A DNA stretch of 63,984 nt, the filler included. It is 6 parts of 6 records of this genome, joined end to end, with 100 filler letters (N's around TTAATTAATTAA, not from the genome) between each part and the next. Parts side by side here need not be neighbours in the genome. Positions count along the whole stretch, not along the records: positions 13,890 to 26,409 come from SRR31147125_12398; positions 26,510 to 32,880 come from SRR31147125_12419; 4 more parts are not named here. One strand, 5' to 3'. Position numbers and translations under genes: made by a program. The first letter of the stretch is position 1; every line of letters begins with the position of its first letter. Below the pieces are notes generated by a model. The model ran no database searches. It saw only the letters and a program-made list of their open reading frames with translations, and was not told where the DNA came from. This document shows, piece by piece, positions 19,848 to 28,169 of this stretch.

Positions 19848-22562
19848 TCAACTAAAGATATACTCCGACTCCAACGCCTGCCGGACATCCAACTCACCCA
19901 TCTCTGGAACTTCCGGCAGCAGCATCCGTTGAGCCTCAGTCAAAGACTTAGAAACGTAATTCCTTAATTCTGTCAACTGGCAGGTACTGTATATCCTCAC
20001 AAACTCCTCCCTGAGAACCTTTGCCAGCAAGCCCGATCTGCTCGGTAATGTGCCGTAACTGTCATGAATCAGGCTGAGTGGCGCATTCCCCATCCGCAGA
20101 ACCACCATCCAGAGCATAGCAGCATCAAAAGAATGGGTGTAATTGGCTGCCATACCGGAGCGGATTTTCTTCTTATTGACCCGTCCGGTATCGGCGGTAA
20201 AGCTGGTCTGGATACGGTGAGAACCGACCACGGTATTTATCCGCATTACCTCGGTACACTCCTTCCGGTGCTGCACAGGAAAACCGAGCGGAGTCTGCCA
20301 CTCCATTCCCGAAACCCCAGTCTTACAAAAACAGCTCAACCGCCGTTCCTTCCGCTGGGATTCGGTCTTGAACTCACAGATACACCGGCAGAGCGATTGC
20401 CCGCATTTCTCACACCGTGAACACTTCGGTCTGATCGTCACCACGTCAGCGACATCCTTGAGCCAGTCGAGATAAACAAAAGCACCCGGAATAATGCTCA
20501 GAGTCGCCCGGTGGACAATCGGCTCAAGAAACATACTAGCCCGCCAACGCAAATCCTCAGTCAAGCAGTATTCAGCTCCCAACTTCTCAATATTCTTGAC
20601 AATAGCATCAGATATCTGCTCCTTACGGGTAAAACTACTGACATCATAGGTACAGGTCATTACTGGTCTCTTGGTCATACTCCGGTCGATCTGCCCGGCA
20701 AGCAGTCTGGAAAAGAGTGTCTGTTCAACCTTATTCCTCATCTCTGTCCAGTACTTGGTATCCTTCTCGTTCTTGTCGGAAATCCGCTTCCCGATCTCCG
20801 CCTCCAACTCTATAAGGTCTGCCGTATTCATGTCAGAATACAGCCCCAGTTTATCCGCGCTCTCCACCCAGTGAGCCAGCTCTTCATTCGCCCTGTCAGC
20901 AATATCCTGATAGAGATCATGGAGTCCAGGACTCTCCGCATCGTTGACAACCGAAGTCCTGACCGCAAGGTCTCTGTCCTTGAGCATCCCTGCTACATGC
21001 TGCAACGCATTCTGACAGCCATCCTGAGGTATACTAATATGACAGATATGCTCCTCACCGTTCTCCAACGCTCCAGCGACCTCGAAGCAGAACGCCAAAA
21101 ACTGCCACGGTTTATCTGCACCTGTCCAGAAATTCCGGTTCTCACTCCGGTACGGGTCTGCCGCACACTCTGCCATAATTGCTGCATGCTCCTCCGCCCA
21201 GACAATCCGTTCCTCCCGGCTGACCTTATCAATCCCGTAGACACTCGCCGCACCGTACAGCAGCCAGTCAATCCCCTCCGAGCTACCAAGGGGCTCGCCG
21301 TGAGCAAACTCCAGCATAGCCTTACTGATATCATCACCTTGAGGAGAGAGAAAGCGACCGCCATAGACCGGATATCCCTGACCTCTGGTGTCGACTGCGT
21401 ACCCGAAGTACAGCTCATCCTCATAATAATACTTCTCAGCCGTGGTGAGAACTCCCTGTAAATGGCTATAACGTGAGATCATTTCACTACGAAGCTTCTG
21501 CGCCTGCTGGAATGCTGCAGTATTGGGTGAGAGCTTACGCAGACTCGGCAGTTCAGCAGTATCGATAATCGGCAACGCCCATTTCTTACCACCACCAAGA
21601 CGGGTACACTCTTTGACGACCTCGCAAAGATTCTGATTGACCCTCCACGCCGTCCTCTGCGCCCTGTTGACCGCCGCAAACATCTGCGGATACTCTCCCT
21701 TCCGTTCCTCCATCTGCCGCAAATACGACCTATTCCACGACCTGATAAAACGGGTACGCTTGCGCAGCTCCGCTGTCTGGTAGACCCCTCCGGAAATACC
21801 CTTCCAGTCTACCGGCGGTACGATACTCGGTGGATACTGCGGTGCAAAGAGTGAGCGCAGCTCCTCCCGGCGGTTTGATTCTTCCATAAATTCTAGTGTG
21901 ATCTGCAGCCGGTGTGAAGTATGTCTCTTCGAGGCTGGCTTGAATGGTATGCGTTCAATCCACTTCGCAGAAACCTGACTCGCCATATGCAGCAGCATCA
22001 GCCCTGCCTTGACCTTCTCTTTATAGGAGAGAGTCTGCGGATTTATCTGGTCTTTGTACCAGCGTTCAAGGAATGATTTCTTGACCTTCTTCTTCTGGAA
22101 CTCACTCGGCGCACGTCTCATTCGCCGTTCCATTGCTTCAAAAGCCCCAGACTCATACTCCTTGAGAGAGTTGGCGTTGAACTGGTCGAGCAGATCGTCA
22201 CCAAGCATATTTGCACGCTTGGCGAGATTGTCCCCAGCGAGAGCGCCGTCGATAAGATTTTTGGCTGTGATAAAGGCTGTGATGTCGGCAGGCAGCTGAG
22301 CGATAAAACGGGTACAGAGCGCCAACCTCCCCGTTCTGTGCCTTTCAATCTCTGCCAGAATCCGTTCATGGAGAGGAGTAACTATCGAATAGATAAAGTC
22401 ACGCCCTGTACCTGTATTGCTGCCGTGTCCGTTCTTCTTGAGTCGCCGCAGATTACTGAAATACTCCAGCTGAGTCACCCCTATCGCTTCCAGCTCCAGC
22501 TCCCGCTGACGACTATATTTCTCTGCCCCGGTCTCCTGAGCAGTCAGTACTTCTGTTGTCAT
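19848..22562 (-). CDS. T7-like single-subunit DNA-directed RNA polymerase
   Basis: PPVDW, SPQGDDISKAML, YGIDKVS..ER, ADKPWQFLAFCFE; motif A DGCQNALQH, motif B RSMTKRPVMT, WQTPLGFPV, motif C IHDSYGT; C-terminal YIFS. Confidence 0.97.
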   Translation of the reverse strand: MTTEVLTAQETGAEKYSRQRELELEAIGVTQLEYFSNLRRLKKNGHGSNTGTGRDFIYSIVTPLHERILAEIERHRTGRLALCTRFIAQLPADITAFITAKNLIDGALAGDNLAKRANMLGDDLLDQFNANSLKEYESGAFEAMERRMRRAPSEFQKKKVKKSFLERWYKDQINPQTLSYKEKVKAGLMLLHMASQVSAKWIERIPFKPASKRHTSHRLQITLEFMEESNRREELRSLFAPQYPPSIVPPVDWKGISGGVYQTAELRKRTRFIRSWNRSYLRQMEERKGEYPQMFAAVNRAQRTAWRVNQNLCEVVKECTRLGGGKKWALPIIDTAELPSLRKLSPNTAAFQQAQKLRSEMISRYSHLQGVLTTAEKYYYEDELYFGYAVDTRGQGYPVYGGRFLSPQGDDISKAMLEFAHGEPLGSSEGIDWLLYGAASVYGIDKVSREERIVWAEEHAAIMAECAADPYRSENRNFWTGADKPWQFLAFCFEVAGALENGEEHICHISIPQDGCQNALQHVAGMLKDRDLAVRTSVVNDAESPGLHDLYQDIADRANEELAHWVESADKLGLYSDMNTADLIELEAEIGKRISDKNEKDTKYWTEMRNKVEQTLFSRLLAGQIDRSMTKRPVMTCTYDVSSFTRKEQISDAIVKNIEKLGAEYCLTEDLRWRASMFLEPIVHRATLSIIPGAFVYLDWLKDVADVVTIRPKCSRCEKCGQSLCRCICEFKTESQRKERRLSCFCKTGVSGMEWQTPLGFPVQHRKECTEVMRINTVVGSHRIQTSFTADTGRVNKKKIRSGMAANYTHSFDAAMLWMVVLRMGNAPLSLIHDSYGTLPSRSGLLAKVLREEFVRIYSTCQLTELRNYVSKSLTEAQRMLLPEVPEMGELDVRQALESEYIFS

Positions 22563-22599
22563 AGTTCCTCCTAAGTGAAGTTTGAAAAACTATGACTTA

Positions 22600-22620
22600 T
22601 CCCCTATATACTACGTATTA
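22600..22620 (-). promoter_or_regulatory. T7-promoter-like sequence upstream of the RNAP gene
   Basis: TAATACGTAGTATATAGGGGA versus T7 TAATACGACTCACTATAGGGAG; about 40 nt upstream of the RNAP start. Confidence 0.4.
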
Positions 22621-22624
22621 CTGC

Positions 22625-22918
22625 TTACTTCCTGTACAACTCAAAATCATTGACCTTTTCTGGATACATCAACAATTCTGCAAGTTCTTCTGTGGTATAC
22701 GAAGCATTACTGAAACGATCACTGCGATACCAGTGAATACATTTTTCATTATCTATCATTTTCGGTCTGTAACATTCTGCAGAAGAACTCGACAATAAAA
22801 CAACCCTACCTATACCACAAGTCTTACAGGTTATTTCAAGCCACTTGCGAATATCCTCCTTTGTCTCCTGCCTTACTTCCCAGTACTTTTCCACTGTATT
22901 AACAATTGGTTTTTCCAT
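22625..22918 (-). CDS. Phage hypothetical protein (CxxC)
   Basis: MEKPIV... start with RBS AAGGA; CKTC motif. Confidence 0.6.
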   Translation of the reverse strand: MEKPIVNTVEKYWEVRQETKEDIRKWLEITCKTCGIGRVVLLSSSSAECYRPKMIDNEKCIHWYRSDRFSNASYTTEELAELLMYPEKVNDFELYRK

Positions 22919-22946
22919 TTTAACTATCCTTATTAAATAAATTTTA

Positions 22947-23219
22947 TTAATCTTCTTGCTCGGGACGTATAAACTTCTCAATATCCTCTTTATCCAGTTT
23001 TTCCCAGTTAGTGATCTGCCCAGTATCAACATCAATATCCAGCTCAACATAATCCCCGTAATGCTCTCCCGGCATGATATCAGGAACATACCCATCATAA
23101 TCTTTCAACAACTCACCATCAGCATCATATAACTTACAGTAGAACTCATCACGCACTTTCAATAAAATTGAGAGCTTTTTAGCATTTACCTTAACTGTCT
23201 TTGTTGTATCTATTTCCAT
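22947..23219 (-). CDS. Conserved phage hypothetical protein
   Basis: GYVPDIMPGEHYGDYVELDIDVDTGQITNW, a pattern recognisable from small phage proteins; function unknown. Confidence 0.7.
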   Translation of the reverse strand: MEIDTTKTVKVNAKKLSILLKVRDEFYCKLYDADGELLKDYDGYVPDIMPGEHYGDYVELDIDVDTGQITNWEKLDKEDIEKFIRPEQED

Positions 23220-23238
23220 AATTATTAACCTTTCAAAA

Positions 23239-23478
23239 CTATTTATCATTTATCTGCCAGAAAAGTCTGTCAGCTTTCGCCTCCAGCTGTTCAAGATTCA
23301 TCGCTGCGACCAAAGCAGGTTTGCCTCTTGCACAATTTATCAAATGCCTGAACTGCTTAATCAGTCTTAACGATTTTGCCTTATGTTCCTTACTCACTAA
23401 ATCCTGTTGACAAAAACAATCAACCTGATTAGCATAATCATAAAGCGCATTTTTCAACACAAGTACAGTCTGATTCAT
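23239..23478 (-). CDS. Phage hypothetical protein
   Basis: ORF starting MNQTVLV, tightly packed with its neighbours. Confidence 0.5.
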   Translation of the reverse strand: MNQTVLVLKNALYDYANQVDCFCQQDLVSKEHKAKSLRLIKQFRHLINCARGKPALVAAMNLEQLEAKADRLFWQINDK

Positions 23479-23626
23479 CTTTATTCCACTCCTCAAGCGC
23501 TTCCTCCAGCGTCTCATGTTCTGCTGTCTTCCGACCACATACCGGGCAGAAAACAGTCAAAATCTTCTTTTTATAATTTGCCTTAACTTTCGCTGGCAGA
23601 CCACAACAACGCTTACTCTCACTCAT
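23438..23626 (-). CDS. Lar-like restriction-alleviation zinc-finger protein
   Basis: KRCCG...FCPVCG..T.....EEALEEWN pattern typical of the Lar family. Confidence 0.6.
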   Translation of the reverse strand: MSESKRCCGLPAKVKANYKKKILTVFCPVCGRKTAEHETLEEALEEWNKDESDCTCVEKCAL

Positions 23627-23642
23627 ATCAAAACCTTTAATA

Positions 23643-23702
23643 TAAAACAGAACTACACCGGGCTGGATGATTGGTTGTTTGTTAAACCCGGTGCAGCTCT
23701 GT
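23643..23702 (-). terminator. Long intergenic hairpin (terminator or RNase III-type processing site)
   Basis: 16-bp stem ACAGAGCTGCACCGGG/CCCGGTGTAGTTCTGT; both mismatches are G-U pairs only on the minus-strand RNA; followed by TTTA. Confidence 0.6.
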
Positions 23703-23710
23703 ACGGGAAA

Positions 23711-24133
23711 TCATCGTCCACTGCTGCCAAACCCACTCACGCCACGCTCCGACTCGCCCAGCTCATACACAGAAATCAAACGTGCCGGTTCATGTTTTGT
23801 AATAATCATCTGCGCCACTCTGTCACCCTGCTTAATTCTGTAAGGCAGTAATCTTGAGTTATAAAGAATAGCCATGACCTGCCCCCGGTAATCAGAGTCG
23901 ACAGTACCGACATGCGCAAAAATACCTTTCTTACCTGCCAGCCCGGAACGCCCTTTGATCTCAGCGTAATACCCTTCCTCCAGCTCAATCGCAAACCCCA
24001 GCGGAATTACTGCTCTCATAAATGGCAAAACCCACATGCTCTTTACCGCATAACAATCATGCCCCGCATCACTCTCATGCGCCTGAGTCGGACGTTTGCC
24101 GTTTTTAAATAATTTCAATTTCAGTGTTTTCAT
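23711..24133 (-). CDS. dut: Trimeric dUTPase
   Basis: DAGHD, GRSGLA, GTVDSDYRG, RVAQ and RGVSGFGSSG (motifs 1-5). Confidence 0.95.
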   Translation of the reverse strand: MKTLKLKLFKNGKRPTQAHESDAGHDCYAVKSMWVLPFMRAVIPLGFAIELEEGYYAEIKGRSGLAGKKGIFAHVGTVDSDYRGQVMAILYNSRLLPYRIKQGDRVAQMIITKHEPARLISVYELGESERGVSGFGSSGR

Positions 24134-24135
24134 TA

Positions 24136-24345
24136 TTACCACGTATTATCCTCTATAATTAAATATTCTTCTCTACACTTTTCACATACAATATAATTAC
24201 CTGCATCGTTAAATTTTGATTCGTTGCCCTTATTACCACAGTCAGGACAATCCCAAAGATAAGTACTCCTGTTCCATAACATCACCTTTACATCTACTTT
24301 ATTAATAGTCTTAGGAGCATTACTATTTGCCATATTAAAGTGCAT
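24136..24345 (-). CDS. Small zinc-ribbon protein
   Basis: WDCPDCG...VCEKC. Confidence 0.6.
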   Translation of the reverse strand: MHFNMANSNAPKTINKVDVKVMLWNRSTYLWDCPDCGNKGNESKFNDAGNYIVCEKCREEYLIIEDNTW

Positions 24346-24649
24346 TTACGATCCCTCTCATATCCTCTAAACCATTCTTATACACTTTGCTCAACTTATA
24401 TATATGATTCCCTTGACTCTCTCCGAGCTTCTCAAATTCTCTTAAATAGACATCCTCAAGTCTTCTTGCATACTCTTCAAACGACCGTGAATATATCCCC
24501 TCAAGCTTCTCTGAATACTCTTCGAAATCCGAAGCTAATGGAGGCGGAGGATTACTCATTCTGCAATCAGGACAAACACTTCCTCCATTAATCAGAGCAG
24601 CCACCAGCACCCTCCTCAAGCCTGTACCATCCTTTACCATTGCCGACAA
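24335..24649 (-). CDS. Phage hypothetical protein (start uncertain)
   Basis: ORF fills the gap between co-oriented neighbours. Confidence 0.45.
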   Translation of the reverse strand: MSAMVKDGTGLRRVLVAALINGGSVCPDCRMSNPPPPLASDFEEYSEKLEGIYSRSFEEYARRLEDVYLREFEKLGESQGNHIYKLSKVYKNGLEDMRGIVNAL

Positions 24650-25109
24650 TCACCTTTTCTTCAACCAGCTTATCAAAAGCCTCAGAAGCAAAACAATTGT
24701 TATACAGATAATCATAAGGAATATTTTCAATCGCTTTTAAAAGCTGTGCTTTGCGATAACTCTTCCCTGCTTTCAGCCCCTGCTCTTCAAAAAGTTCTAT
24801 AACAGAATACTTCTTATCTTCTGCGGCAAACCCCTTTGGAGTATCAGCAGTATTATCAACCTGCTCCGGCTCTGCGGCTCTCTTGACCGAACCCTCCAGC
24901 AGTATCGGTTCACTGATCCCAGATTCTTTCAGCTTGCTATTAGCTTCCTCCAGCCTGTCAGCTTCTGCTCTCAAAGTATGTATCTGCGAATTGTTTCCCA
25001 GCTCCCTCAGATTAGCGTCAGTCCTGATCTTATCAACAAGCTCAACCAGCTGCTCGTCAGTCATATAATCCAGTGAGTCACATATTTCTTTAAATCTTTC
25101 CTGTCTCAT
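24588..25109 (-). CDS. Phage hypothetical protein (coiled coil plus possible winged-helix C-terminus)
   Basis: 173-aa ORF with RBS; ends FDKLVEEKVIVGNGKGWYRL. Confidence 0.65.
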   Translation of the reverse strand: MRQERFKEICDSLDYMTDEQLVELVDKIRTDANLRELGNNSQIHTLRAEADRLEEANSKLKESGISEPILLEGSVKRAAEPEQVDNTADTPKGFAAEDKKYSVIELFEEQGLKAGKSYRKAQLLKAIENIPYDYLYNNCFASEAFDKLVEEKVIVGNGKGWYRLEEGAGGCSD

Positions 25110-25126
25110 CTATCAAATCCTTTATC

Positions 25127-25195
25127 TTAAATCATCCCTAATAGCCATAGGACAATTACTGTCAATATGAATGCATCAACAATATGTATTTTCAA
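25127..25195 (-). CDS. Putative 22-aa hydrophobic micropeptide
   Basis: AGGAGG 7 nt before TTG; (M)KIHIVDAFILTVIVLWLLGMI*. Confidence 0.5.
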   Translation of the reverse strand: MKIHIVDAFILTVIVLWLLGMI

Positions 25196-25280
25196 AACAA
25201 ATCCTCCTTATACAATTTCTTCATCAGCAATCTCAAAGTAATACAGCAGAAGAATCAGTACCCTTTATGCTCAGCAATTA

Positions 25281-25660
25281 TTACAGTTCCTCCAGTATTA
25301 CCTCAACCTTGCCACCCTCAACAACCTCGCACATTGTCGCATCGATATGTTTGATCTGGCTATCATCAACATAAAACTCAGCTTTCATCATCGCATCGAG
25401 CAGACACTTAAAAACATTGTCGAGATCTCGCTTACCATTCTTTGGCGGATACAAGTGAATTTTGTTTTGATTGTCCCTGTCAGTGGCAACTCGACCTTAT
25501 TCTCCTGCGGTGTCACCTTATACTTGATAGCCTCCAGCTTGACCGCCTTGCGGTACTGCATTACCTTTGACTTAAGAAACATTCCACCGCTCTTACTTCG
25601 ACCGTAATAGTTATTGACACTCAGCGGATACGGCAATGTCAGTTTTAATACTTTACTCAA
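25281..25660 (-). CDS. rusA: RusA-family Holliday junction resolvase, frameshifted near 25460
   Basis: N-terminus LPYPLSVNNYY; the alternative frame continues IHLYPPKNGKRDLDNVFKCLLDAM...DDSQI...GKVEV, the RusA catalytic motif. Confidence 0.88.
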
Positions 25661-25672
25661 TTTATCTCCTTA

Positions 25673-25888
25673 CTAATTATCAAACATACTTCCAAAAGGT
25701 GAACCGGTCGACATAAAGTTAAAAGTAGCGATATCCTCAGCTACACCCCCAATCGGCTCTGCCCTGCCTGTTTCTCGCCTTATACTGGGAGAATCTTCTG
25801 ACCGACCATAAACTGCTGCAGACTCTGACTCAGGCTGCTTGGCTATTATCGGCGCTCTATAGACACTTGCTGGCAGTACACCACACAT
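25673..25888 (-). CDS. Phage hypothetical protein
   Basis: 71-aa ORF packed between neighbours. Confidence 0.5.
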   Translation of the reverse strand: MCGVLPASVYRAPIIAKQPESESAAVYGRSEDSPSIRRETGRAEPIGGVAEDIATFNFMSTGSPFGSMFDN

Positions 25889-26143
25889 TTAATTATCCTC
25901 CTCAAACTCAAGATCATCTTCATTCAACATATTCTCAGCCGTAACCGCAGCATTACCGAGCTTCTTAACCAATTCCTCAGTAACCGTCTGCAGCATAATA
26001 ACAGCACCAACAATCCTCAAACTGTCATAGGTAGCCTTGTCAGCTTTTTTTGTTAAGTAAATAGTGACCTTACCACCACCAAGCTCTGCAGTAAGATATT
26101 CAACAAATTCTTTCTTATCTGTGTTTTCCTGTTCATCGCTCAT
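25889..26143 (-). CDS. Phage hypothetical protein, acidic C-terminus
   Basis: 84-aa ORF, co-oriented and abutting the next gene. Confidence 0.6.
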   Translation of the reverse strand: MSDEQENTDKKEFVEYLTAELGGGKVTIYLTKKADKATYDSLRIVGAVIMLQTVTEELVKKLGNAAVTAENMLNEDDLEFEEDN

Positions 26144-26409
26144 AATCTTTTCTTTCTATAATTAATTTTACTCTCAGACTTCTTGCGAAGTCCTCGACTT
26201 CCCTTTGGAAAAGTGAAGCCAAACACAGTCAACGTTTTGACTGCGTGGCTGCAGAAGCAGCCTTTGACTTCCGTCATAAAATATTCCCAATCTGCTTCAT
26301 TCCACCACCGGCAAGCTGCTTACCTCTTTCGTGTATCCCTTCAAGGCTCACCCGTGGTACTTCCTGCTGCTCACTCAAAATTTGGTACGCCTCAACAAAC
26401 GCCTTGCGG

Positions 26410-26509
26410 NNNNNNNNNNNNNNNNNNNNNNNNNNNNNNNNNNNNNNNNNNNNTTAATTAATTAANNNNNNNNNNNNNNNNNNNNNNNNNNNNNNNNNNN
26501 NNNNNNNNN
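26410..26509. other. Artificial contig spacer
   Basis: N-run with TTAATTAATTAA. Confidence 0.98.
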
Positions 26510-28040
26510 GGACCAATCCGACCAAAGCAGATTTTGATCCCGATATCTGGCGCGCCAATAATAGGTGCCAGGCCAAACGATCGATTCCAGATCCAGTTCA
26601 TACTGAGTGATATCTATACCATAATGCTGGTTTATCGGTTCCCACAAAGGGGCTCCGGTATCAAGAAAATAATGTTCAAAGTCACGATAATCATCCACCA
26701 CAGGATTCGAATAGTTACCCTGCTCACCCGTAACTTGAAATTGGGAGCTTTGCATGGGTTCATCGCCCGCATAGGAGCCTGCATCTAAAATAAAGGGTAA
26801 ATCAATGGAATCAGAAGAGGCTATCACCTCAGGTATGTGCGGTGGACTATTGGAATCCAGTTTTCTGTAAAAAGAGTCTATTTTAACACTATTGAGCCAT
26901 TTATCAGGAGTACCTAAACTCCATGTTTGGATTGTATATGACCTGTCAGCAATATCCACATCTACAATCACAAAATGATGATGATCAAAAGATCGTTGAA
27001 TTTCCGGATAATCGATCCAGACATTATGAAACCACCTGTCCAAAGAACCTGCGGCACCACCAACACACATTGTTCTTAATGTAGATTCAGGATGAGCCCC
27101 TCGTTCATAGTCATGTGAATGCCCATAAGCCAAAAGCTCTGTTTTATCATATTTGGTCAATGTCGGTATAATTCTATCCTGCACATAAGTGGTGTTTCCC
27201 GGACTCCATATGGAGCTACGGCCAGGATGATGACAAAATGCAAAAATCCAGTCAATTGTATCATCATCCTGGGCGTTTCTCAATGTTTCATCCAGCCAGG
27301 ATATCTGCGTATCATTTCTCCAGGAGGAATTAGAATTTAAAGCAATAAAAAGAACACGACCTATTTGAAATGTGTAATAGGCTTCGCCCTGAGGACCGGC
27401 CAACTCTTCATATTTCATATAATTATAATAATTCGGGCTCTCGGCTTCATGATTTCCAATGGACACCATAGAAGGCATCGACGGTGATAATGGATATAAA
27501 GGTTGAAAATACTCTGTTTTATAGGAAGGGAGATTAGAACCTGTTCCGACAATATCTCCGGTTGTAAAAATCAAATCTATCTCGGATGCCAAATCATCAC
27601 CATATAGTTCTTTCGCCTTTTCCTCAAGGGCATTAAAAACTTTAATCCCTGTTTGGAAATGGCTTTGGTTGTCACTTCGCAAGAGAAATCTCACGTGTCC
27701 CTGGTTGTAACCTTTTTTCAGGAATGGATTGAAAATGATAGACTTCTGTTTCAACTTTTTCAGTTTTAATTTGATAATAATAGAGAGTATTAGGAATCAA
27801 ATCCGTCAACTTCACAGAGTGCCATATAATGTCATCACCGAGTTTTTGCCAGTCACCCTGTGCCACACTTCCCATACCAGCTGTTTCACCATATTGAAGT
27901 GTTGAAACAGTATCTTCTGTCGTTTCCCAACAAATATAAATGGAGGTTGGTGTTGGAGATTGCAGATAAGGTACAACATCCGCAGCAATGGCATTCAAGC
28001 ACAGAGACAAAAATCCGTATAAAAATAAAACAATCCTCAT
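26510..28040 (-). CDS. Secreted purple-acid-phosphatase-type metallophosphoesterase with N-terminal FN3-like domain; frameshift at T6 27713-27718; 3'-truncated
   Basis: Signal peptide; PYLQSPTPTSIYICWET; SDNQ, TGDIV, GNHE, HHP and GHSHDYER metal motifs. Confidence 0.88.
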
Positions 28041-28111
28041 ATCAACCTTTTGTTATGGTAATAATAGTACAGTATAAAAAGGTATAAAAATATTTGAATT
28101 TTCAAAGTTTT

Positions 28112-28145
28112 AAAAAAAAGCCGCCAAAAAAGCGTGGCGGCTTTT
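28112..28145 (-). terminator. Intrinsic terminator
   Basis: AAAAGCCGCCA/TGGCGGCTTTT stem followed by a T-run on the minus strand. Confidence 0.8.
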
Positions 28146-28169
28146 CGTCATAACAACTCCTCAATTCAA

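Noticed and set aside
20511-21461. 316-aa plus-strand ORF, and similar ORFs at 14309, 15614, 16688 and 20064
   Set aside because: Antisense shadows of the RNAP, scaffold and portal genes, with no recognisable motifs.
25188-25240. CTGATGA...GAAA on the minus strand as a hammerhead ribozyme core
   Set aside because: I could not build convincing stems I-III, and the segment overlaps the RBS and start of a small ORF.
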